Positions 1 through 5,707 of a DNA stretch of 5,707 nt are shown one piece after another. Below the pieces are notes generated by a model that saw only the letters and a list, made by a program, of their open reading frames with translations, did no database searches and had not been told where the DNA came from. Origin of the DNA: a virus. Taxonomy: Duplodnaviria; Heunggongvirae; Uroviricota; Caudoviricetes. The stretch lies in IMG/VR virus record IMGVR_UViG_2541047945_000002, one strand, 5' to 3'. Every line of letters begins with the position of its first letter. The first letter of the stretch is position 1. Made by a program: the position numbers and the translations under genes.

Positions 1-2
1 AA

Positions 3-53
3 GCAGAAAAAGCTTATTATGCTTCCATCGGAAACGATGATCTGGCAGCCTGA
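3..53 (+). CDS. C-terminal fragment of IS3-family transposase OrfB (5'-partial, runs off window start)
   Basis: Frame 3 translation ...[16 protein letters not shown] stop (TGA 51-53), immediately upstream of the terminal inverted repeat. Assignment from recalled IS3-family OrfB C-termini; not searched. Confidence 0.5.
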
Positions 54-70
54 GTTCACAGATAAAATAC

Positions 71-95
71 TCTCCAGGAAACCCGGGGCGGTTCA
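71..95 (+). repeat. Right terminal inverted repeat (IRR) of the IS629-like element
   Basis: Reverse complement tgaaccgccccgggtttcctggaga matches 5478-5502 tgaaccgccccgggaatcctggaga at 22 of 25 positions. Confidence 0.75.
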
Positions 96-1929
96 GTCTG
101 AGTTCAATTCCTTCCTGTTGTCGCTTGTTGTAATCGTTTATTGATGAATTTAGGACGTCCTGAGCAATTTTTTCTGCTTGAAGTACGCCCAATTGCTGCT
201 TTAATCGTGCCAGCCTTTTATTTTGAGCTCCGCCATCTCCAATGCCACCTAACCCGAAAACTCCGGGTCGGGTATTTTTTTCTATTTCATCAATTTGACG
301 GAGAACATCTGAGATTTTTTGATCAAGGGAGGCCTCACGGCCAATGTCCAGCATGGAATCCCATGCCCATTTTGCGGAGTCTGCGACAGCTTTCCATGCA
401 GTCTCAAGATAACCAAGATTTTCTTTAATCTGGTTGGTGCGCTGGATCATTGAGGATGAGTATGCTTCTGTCGCAATGCGGGCGGCCTCCTGCTGGTTCC
501 CTTCATCCTGTAGCGCCTTAATCTGGTTATAAGTCGCAATTGTCAGAAAATGGTACTGATCATTAAGTTTTGATATGGCACTGACAGGATCCTTTGCAAT
601 TTCATTGAAGTCATTAACCAGTTGTTCGGTTGATATTCCTGTTACTTCGCTCGTTTTTACTATCGCTGTCGTCACTTGCTCCAGCGAACTGCTCGCTACC
701 TTTCCCGAACGCACAAGCTGGTTTAATACTGCCGCCGCAGCGCCAGTTGTCGAATCAGCCGCATTCCCGGCACGTTGAGCTATATCGGCCAATTGCCCGC
801 TGGTTGTCCCCAACTGATTTCCGGTAAGAATAAGAGATTTATTAAATTCGTCCTGCTCCTGAGAGCCTTTATAGTAAGCCAGTCCTAAGACCCCAACGGC
901 TGCTGCGGCCAGGGTAAAAGGATTAATTAATCCCAGCACATAAGAACCTACACCTTTGATCGCCGGGCCAATCCCACCGAACATATCTTTTAGCTGGCCG
1001 CCCTGCTGCATTAACACCATAAATGGCGACTGACCAGTGGACAACCCAACAACAATATCCGTCATTTGTGCAGGCAACATGCGCATAGCAAAAGCCGTTT
1101 GTTTTGCCGACATTCCGGTTTTGCTTAATTGTGATTGAGTAACCTCAAGCTCACTCCGCATAGCACGAAGTTTTCCAGAAAGCTCCTCATACATTTCAGG
1201 AGAAAGCATCCCCTTAGCTTTTGCTTCATTGAGCTGTTTCTGTTGTTCTACCAGACGATTAAAAGCAGTTCCGACAGGATCAAGTTGAGCAATCAGACGT
1301 TGCAAAGCAACAACCTGTTCATCATGCGCTTTTGCTGCTTCTCGCTCTGCCTGAGCCTCTCCGGTAAGCTCTCGCCGTGTTTCCTGTATTTTTCGGCTAT
1401 AATTCTCAAACTGAGAACCATTTATTTTCCCGGATGCAAACGCAGCATTAAGTTCATCATGCTGTTGTTCAAGATTTCTTAGCGCCGCAGCCAGAGGGTC
1501 GATCTTGTCCAGCATTCTTTGAAAGGCCTGAGCCTGCGCTTCCTGCTGGGCGGCAGCAAGTTTTCCGGCCTTCTCGGCTTCTCTCTGCGCTTGCGCAACC
1601 CCGCTCAATTCCTCTGTGGTTTCATTAAGTTTACGGACAAGAAATTCATATTCTTCTTTATCAATAAGCCCTTTATCGAAAAATTTCTTTAATTCAGAAT
1701 AGCGTCGACCGACAGTATCAATTGCGGCACCAACTGGATCAATAGCTGCTTTTAATTTTGCGAGCGCGTTCTTCTCATCTTCTGTTGCCTTAGTCACTTT
1801 CCCTGCGCTATTTGCAGCAGTTTCCCCAGCCTGCGTCATTTTGACTAATGAGGAGGTCAGATTGTCAGCATTATTTTTCGCTCCAGTGCTATCAATAATT
1901 ATTGCGAGACGCGAGGTTTGCTCTGCCAT
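96..1929 (-). CDS. Tail tape measure protein (lambda gpH-like), N-terminal ~611 codons; reading frame runs into the IS at 95/96, so the gene is interrupted
   Basis: ATG at 1929-1927 with AGGAG 9 nt upstream. Translation [20 protein letters not shown]... contains [40 protein letters not shown] and [29 protein letters not shown], which closely resemble conserved lambda gpH blocks (recalled, not searched). Hydrophobic [33 protein letters not shown] segment and coiled-coil-like repeats are typical of tape measure proteins. No stop before the IS junction. Missing from the ORF track because the frame is open to the window edge. Confidence 0.85.
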
Positions 1930-1944
1930 TTATTAAAACTCCTG

Positions 1945-1975
1945 ACAACAAAAAACCCACCGCGAAGTGGGTTTC
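1945..1975 (-). terminator. Putative rho-independent terminator/attenuator between the chaperone genes and the tape measure gene
   Basis: Minus-strand RNA reads GAAACCCAC-TTCGCG-GTGGGTTTTTTGTTGT: a GC-rich stem (CCCAC/GTGGG, extendable to 8 bp) followed by a T6 run, about 20 nt upstream of the tape measure SD. Confidence 0.4.
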
Positions 1976-2094
1976 AGGCGACATAATAGTAGATATAGCG
2001 ATTACGAGGCCACGCAATGCTTTTCTCCAGGAGCATCATCGATTTAATTAAAGACACCATCACATCTCTGTAACAGAGTGTACGTAATTAACAA

Positions 2095-2415
2095 CTACAC
2101 ACACTGCTCCTGAAAATACTGGTCATCCAGTGCAAAGATCACTGCTTCAAATTCATCGCGCTCAATCAATACCGGATGAGTGGCTAAATATTCATTTATC
2201 TCTGTCAGAGATAAAGGCAAAGGCACCCCAGCCATTCCAGCATAACGTCGGGCACGGGATATTACCGAATAGGCGTACAACAACTCCTTAAGCACCGGGT
2301 CTATTTCTGGTTCCGGTATCGGTGGCAACCTGAGTTTTTCTCGCTTCCATCTTGCCTTTTCCCCCCTTTCTCCCCCGAACTCCGATAACCACCGCTGGGC
2401 AGCTATGGCTTTTTT
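2095..2415 (-). CDS. gpT-like extension of the tail assembly chaperone, expressed as a G-T fusion by -1 frameshift; no convincing independent start
   Basis: The -1 frame relative to the gpG-like gene is open from the slippery site (2409-2415) to TAG at 2097-2095, encoding KKAIAAQRWLSEFGGERGEKARWKREKLRLPPIPEPEIDPVLKELLYAYS...QEQCV. The ORF track's 77-aa ORF starts at a TTG inside this frame. Position between chaperone and tape measure matches lambda G/T organisation. Confidence 0.7.
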   Translation of the reverse strand, partial: KKAIAAQRWLSEFGGERGEKARWKREKLRLPPIPEPEIDPVLKELLYAYSVISRARRYAGMAGVPLPLSLTEINEYLATHPVLIERDEFEAVIFALDDQYFQEQCV

Positions 2416-2864
2416 ATCGTATCCTGCTTCTGCTGCTCTTTACCCTGGGCGATGCTGGCTGCTTCTGCAAGGATCTGCCAGTACAACTCTGGATTCTGCT
2501 TAAGCAGCGCGATCCCTCGTTCTGCCGTATATTCCAGTGCAACCTCAACACCATTAACCAGTTCACCAACCCCTTTCCAGTCTTTCAGCAGATAACGAGC
2601 GGCATTATCAATGAGTAAATCATCAACAGAATCCACCTCGGAAACCTTTGAAATATCAAACTCCTTCGTTCCGACGTGCAAACTGGCATCCATTTTCTCA
2701 ATGTGGCGACGGATTAATGCATTACGGGAGCGATACTGATCGTTATCGCTGCTTGCCACCAACAGTTTTAACCCGTCTACAGGTTTTAAGTCCTTCATTG
2801 GCGTAAACCAGCGTTCTCCACCAATGATAATTTTCTGATTAAGAATAAACATCCATAACCTCAT
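2403..2864 (-). CDS. Tail assembly chaperone (lambda gpG-like); start may be the second ATG at 2852
   Basis: 153-codon ORF directly between major tail and tape measure genes, acidic C-terminal half, ends in the slippery site. GAGG lies 6 nt upstream of the second ATG (MFILNQ...), so the true start may be 2852. Confidence 0.7.
   Translation of the reverse strand: MRLWMFILNQKIIIGGERWFTPMKDLKPVDGLKLLVASSDNDQYRSRNALIRRHIEKMDASLHVGTKEFDISKVSEVDSVDDLLIDNAARYLLKDWKGVGELVNGVEVALEYTAERGIALLKQNPELYWQILAEAASIAQGKEQQKQDTIKKP
2409..2415 (-). other. Programmed -1 ribosomal frameshift slippery heptamer A AAA AAG
   Basis: Minus-strand ...ACG ATA AAA AAG CCA TAG: an X XXY YYZ heptamer in the last codons of the gpG-like frame, with the -1 frame open for about 100 further codons. 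Confidence 0.65.
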
Positions 2865-2912
2865 TCAATGCGTCCCCCTGTAGGGCAGTACCACAGGAGG
2901 AATAACGGAAAA

Positions 2913-3875
2913 TCAACTAATCGCCTCAGCACTGGCTTTTGCGATCACGGCAGCCGGGGAATTTTTTTTTCTGGTTATCGTAGGTGCTTCATCTGCTGCG
3001 GTAATGCTCAATTGAACCTGGATAATGTCGCTATTACCCCCATCAGGCCATTCACCTGACACCTGAACCTTCGGGAAACTGAAAGTGTATGCCCCCTCTC
3101 CATTCGAAAGCGTGAAGCTGAACGGAACTGTTTCTCCAGTCAGTGTTTTACTCCAGATTTCCCACGCGGCTTTAGACCATGAAAGCGTCACCGTACCGGA
3201 CGGTGTAAAAGTAGTCGGAATATTTGCTCCTGCATAAGGCGAGCCAGTCCCGATACAACGCTGTGTCTGGAGTTTGTTATCGAACTGAATATCAAAACTG
3301 TCGATACAAAAACCGTTACCTCCGGCAACACCATTCAGGCTTACTGCTGAAACCTCCTTAAACGAATAACGTAGCTTTCCTGCACTATCCACAGGTTCGC
3401 CTTTGATAAAATTCGTATCATCGGCCTTTGATTCCCAGTCCAGTCCGGCAAAGGTTACGGTCGCTGTAATATCGCCGTCGTTAGGGATCTGCATTTTCCA
3501 TGAGCCAACCTGCGCTCCTCTGACGACAGAGGCAATTCCGACATCGGACGCATAGGTCGCCAGAGAAAATGTTATTCGCTCATTCCCCATTGTCAGAGAA
3601 TCGCCTGACCATTCCGCGCCGAAACAGGATGCAAGAAAATCATCATGTTGACCCCAGCGAAATTTGGTACCAACATCACCGCCGACATCCACAGTGCCAG
3701 GCGTCGCCCCCTGAGCCATCCGGGAGCCACCAATCTCATTATTTTCGCCTTTATTCTGGGTGGGTTTTACTCCCCAGCTTGTGCGTTTTAATAAACTCCA
3801 GTCACCACTTGCTGGCGTAGTGCCTGCAACCGTCTCCCGGATAAATGCCGAGATAACCTTTGCACCTGAACTCAC
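2913..3875 (-). CDS. Major tail tube protein (320 codons, GTG start)
   Basis: Largest ORF, sited between tail terminator-like and chaperone genes. Start is GTG (plus 3873-3875 cac) with AGGAGG 6 nt upstream. Gly/Thr/Ser-rich, beta-rich composition typical of tail tube proteins. Assignment by synteny and composition. Confidence 0.65.
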   Translation of the reverse strand: MSSGAKVISAFIRETVAGTTPASGDWSLLKRTSWGVKPTQNKGENNEIGGSRMAQGATPGTVDVGGDVGTKFRWGQHDDFLASCFGAEWSGDSLTMGNERITFSLATYASDVGIASVVRGAQVGSWKMQIPNDGDITATVTFAGLDWESKADDTNFIKGEPVDSAGKLRYSFKEVSAVSLNGVAGGNGFCIDSFDIQFDNKLQTQRCIGTGSPYAGANIPTTFTPSGTVTLSWSKAAWEIWSKTLTGETVPFSFTLSNGEGAYTFSFPKVQVSGEWPDGGNSDIIQVQLSITAADEAPTITRKKNSPAAVIAKASAEAIS

Positions 3876-3901
3876 AGGAGCCTCCTATGTCATTAATTGC
3901 G

Positions 3902-4294
3902 CTAGAGCGCGCGATATGGAATTTGAAGATTAAGCTGGAACCAGCCATTCTTTTCGCCAACGGCTATTGAGGAAACAGCCTGGTAACTGAGACGATCGTC
4001 ATCCTGAAACTCAAACAGTTCCCGCAATTTATCGGCTGTCTCAGTAATGAGTTTTGAACCAGAACCTGCGGGGACAAATAACTGAATAATGATTATCCCC
4101 GTGCGATAAACAACCGGCCCCGCGCCAATTTCATTAACTCCAGCCTGCCCGGGAATATTACTTAACCGCGCCCAGATTAACTTACCGGAAGGATCGAACG
4201 TTGGCCCGTTCGGATACAATACGTCTTTTCCATCAATAATCGTCTGTGCCGTCATTCTGGAAATAACCGTATTTCTGATTTCAGTAAACTTCAT
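3902..4294 (-). CDS. Tail terminator protein (lambda gpU-like)
   Basis: 130 codons immediately upstream of the major tail gene. N-terminus MKFTEIRNTVISRM resembles the gpU N-terminus as recalled (MKHTELRAAV...). ATGA start/stop overlap with the upstream gene. Confidence 0.55.
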   Translation of the reverse strand: MKFTEIRNTVISRMTAQTIIDGKDVLYPNGPTFDPSGKLIWARLSNIPGQAGVNEIGAGPVVYRTGIIIIQLFVPAGSGSKLITETADKLRELFEFQDDDRLSYQAVSSIAVGEKNGWFQLNLQIPYRAL

Positions 4295-4671
4295 TTGTAA
4301 GCCTGTAAAACACCATGAAAAGCGTTGGCATACACGCCAGTTGGCGCTTGTTGTGAATGACCGTTTTCAAGAGCCTCTGCATAAGGAAGGTTATTCTGGA
4401 TATAAATAACCCCGTAATTTGCAGCTTTCGAAATAACCCCGATCCCACGCTGAACAGCAATCGTACCGTTCGGATCCACGTTATCAGATATACCAAAATC
4501 GGGATGCTGTAACGACACCAGGTTGTTATTTCTGAAACGTCCGGTATCAACCGGAGCAGCAATATCAATAGCAGTAAGAATCTGCATAGCGATGTAGCGA
4601 ATCTTCAGCCCTACATCTTCCTCAATCATCCCGGCAAATATTGACGGTTCTATATCCCATGCCTTTGCCAT
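4291..4671 (-). CDS. Tail completion / head-tail joining protein (HK97 gp10-like)
   Basis: 126 codons; position and size fit the HK97 gp10 / lambda gpZ slot. TAAATG junction with the upstream gene and ATGA overlap with the downstream gene indicate translational coupling. Confidence 0.5.
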   Translation of the reverse strand: MAKAWDIEPSIFAGMIEEDVGLKIRYIAMQILTAIDIAAPVDTGRFRNNNLVSLQHPDFGISDNVDPNGTIAVQRGIGVISKAANYGVIYIQNNLPYAEALENGHSQQAPTGVYANAFHGVLQAYK

Positions 4672-5055
4672 TTACGCTCTCCTTAACTGGATAGAGTAAA
4701 CTGATGCGGAAGGATCTACACTTGCTGTAATTACCTCGTATCGTTGTAACTGCCTTGATACAGGATCATAAATCTCAATAATATGGTCGACAGCTGGTTT
4801 ATCCGTAACCTCGCATACCAGAGCGGTTAATTTAAGGTCACCATGCAAAATATTAATCCCATCAATTCTGCCCAGCTTATAACGTGTCAACACGCCTCGC
4901 CCGGTATAGATTGCGGTGGATTCGCCGCCAGTTTCCGTCACAGGATCCCAGTGCCGGTGCGTAACGTAAGAACCAGAAAAATCACTCACGGCGTCCGCTA
5001 AATCCTCATCAAAAGCAGCGGCAACCTCTGACTGAATCTCTTCACGAAGCCCCAT
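4672..5055 (-). CDS. Head-tail adaptor / head closure protein (putative)
   Basis: 127 codons; start overlaps the upstream stop (TAATG). Synteny with HK97-like head-tail joining genes; no sequence motif confidently recognised. Confidence 0.45.
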   Translation of the reverse strand: MGLREEIQSEVAAAFDEDLADAVSDFSGSYVTHRHWDPVTETGGESTAIYTGRGVLTRYKLGRIDGINILHGDLKLTALVCEVTDKPAVDHIIEIYDPVSRQLQRYEVITASVDPSASVYSIQLRRA

Positions 5056-5450
5056 TATCCCCCCCTCACAACCCTGACTTGTGAGCGACTAAGTCCGTAC
5101 GGTTTCAGCAGTGCTATCGCAAGCTGTAAATCGGGTTCAAGCAATGCAGTGCTGTTTGCTGGCAACTCAGAAAATGATTTCGATACACTGACCCCGTCAG
5201 CCGACACGGCTTTACTGATAACAACGCCAGAATCATTTTTCTGCTGAAACAACTTACCGAATGAGGCAATTCTGGCTGCATATGCTCCCGCAAGTTTTAC
5301 CTCTTCCGGAATACGGGATGGGTTAATTTTCAGGTTGAAGCCATTAAGCCAGGCATTAGCCATTAAAACAGCTTTATTTTTAGCGTTCTCACTCGTCCAG
5401 GCGTTCCCAAACGCATTATCAACGTCATCACAGGTCACGTAAGTGATCAT
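5055..5450 (-). CDS. Head-tail connector protein (gp6-like, putative)
   Basis: 131 codons; ATG at 5450-5448 with AGGAG 8 nt upstream. First gene of the head-tail joining block; N-terminal flavour of gp6-like connector proteins. Assignment mainly by position. Confidence 0.45.
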   Translation of the reverse strand: MITYVTCDDVDNAFGNAWTSENAKNKAVLMANAWLNGFNLKINPSRIPEEVKLAGAYAARIASFGKLFQQKNDSGVVISKAVSADGVSVSKSFSELPANSTALLEPDLQLAIALLKPYGLSRSQVRVVRGG

Positions 5451-5477
5451 GTGTTACTCCTGAGTTTTCCAGCCCAT

Positions 5478-5502
5478 TGAACCGCCCCGGGAATCCTGGA
5501 GA
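5478..5502 (+). repeat. Left terminal inverted repeat (IRL) of the IS629-like element
   Basis: 25-nt sequence matching the reverse complement of 71-95 at 22/25 positions. Confidence 0.8.
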
Positions 5503-5531
5503 CTAAACTTCCTGAGAAAGAGGTAAACAGG

Positions 5532-5707
5532 ATGACTAAAAATACTCGTTTTTCCCCTGAAGTCCGTCAACGGGCAGTCCGTATGGTTCTGGAAAGTCAG
5601 GGCGAATATGACTCACAATGGGCGACAATTTGTTCCATTGCTCCAAAGATTGGCTGTACGCCGGAGACTCTGCGTGTCTGGGTTCGCCAGCATGAGCGGG
5701 ATACCGG
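5532..5707 (+). CDS. IS629-like transposase OrfA, N-terminal part (3'-partial)
   Basis: ATG at 5532; 58 codons with the helix-turn-helix-containing N-terminus characteristic of IS3-family OrfA; open to the window edge. Confidence 0.85.
   Translation, partial: MTKNTRFSPEVRQRAVRMVLESQGEYDSQWATICSIAPKIGCTPETLRVWVRQHERDT

Larger units (their letters stand above)
1..95 (+). mobile_element. Right (3') terminus of an IS3-family insertion sequence, IS629/IS1203-like; element continues upstream of the window
   Basis: Bases 71-95 (tctccaggaaacccggggcggttca) are the reverse-complement partner of the left IR at 5478-5502 (22/25 match) and end in the IS3-family ...CA terminus. An open frame ending in TGA at 51-53 encodes ...[16 protein letters not shown], consistent with a transposase OrfB C-terminus. 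Confidence 0.8.
5478..5707 (+). mobile_element. Left (5') terminus of an IS629-like IS3-family insertion sequence; element continues beyond window end
   Basis: Begins tgaaccgccccgggaatcctggaga (IS3-family TG... terminus), followed by an ORF encoding [58 protein letters not shown], which I recognise as the N-terminus of IS629/IS1203 OrfA. Confidence 0.85.

Noticed and set aside
141-1482. Plus-strand ORFs 141-428, 575-778, 630-827 and 1135-1482 from the ORF track
   Set aside because: All lie antisense inside the long, well-supported tape measure frame. They have no SD sequences, and their low-complexity or hydrophobic translations are typical of antisense artefacts.
2066-2078. Perfect 13-bp palindrome ctctgtaacagag in the T-H spacer as a possible operator
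   Set aside because: A 6-bp inverted repeat with a 1-nt spacer is expected about once by chance in a window this size. It has no second copy and no promoter context.
2913-2970. Possible programmed frameshift at the A9 tract adding a C-terminal (Ig-like) extension to the major tail protein
   Set aside because: Both the -1 and +1 frames after the A9 run hit stop codons within 14 codons or fewer, so no extension domain can be encoded.
2352-3820. Plus-strand ORFs 2352-2618, 2868-3059 and 3569-3820
   Set aside because: Antisense to the chaperone and major tail genes; Cys-rich or low-complexity translations with no start signals. Not credible genes.
4281-4568. Minus-strand 95-codon ORF overlapping the HK97 gp10-like gene out of frame
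   Set aside because: Entirely embedded in another frame of a syntenic, translationally coupled gene. The hydrophobic, irregular translation looks like an overlap artefact.
96-5477. Possibility that the IS-bracketed segment carries a defence, toxin or other accessory system
   Set aside because: Every ORF of credible size fits a canonical siphovirus head-tail joining and tail module by order, size and motif. No unassigned coding capacity remains beyond the 165-bp T-H spacer, and the largest ORF there is about 29 codons with no start signal.
1-5707. tRNA, rRNA or CRISPR features
   Set aside because: No cloverleaf-like conserved tRNA motifs, no rRNA-like sequence, and no regularly spaced direct repeats were seen on either strand.

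Overview
The window is a siphovirus-type (lambda/HK97-like) prophage tail-morphogenesis module, about 5.4 kb, with every gene on the minus strand. It is bracketed by the termini of two IS3-family (IS629/IS1203-like) insertion sequences in the same orientation. Reading in the direction of transcription (high to low coordinate): four small translationally coupled head-tail joining / tail completion genes, a 320-codon major tail tube gene, a gpG/gpT-like chaperone pair joined by a -1 frameshift site (A AAA AAG), a terminator-like hairpin, and the N-terminal ~611 codons of a lambda gpH-like tape measure gene. The tape measure reading frame runs straight into the right end of one IS copy at position 95/96. 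The other IS copy (left inverted repeat and start of transposase OrfA, 5478-5707) sits 27 bp upstream of the first structural gene and cuts off the 3' end of the preceding phage gene. I see no rRNA, tRNA or CRISPR, and no defence, toxin or other accessory cargo; the interesting biology here is IS-mediated disruption and bracketing of a phage tail module, not a new system. All protein assignments rest on recalled similarity and gene order, not on database searches.
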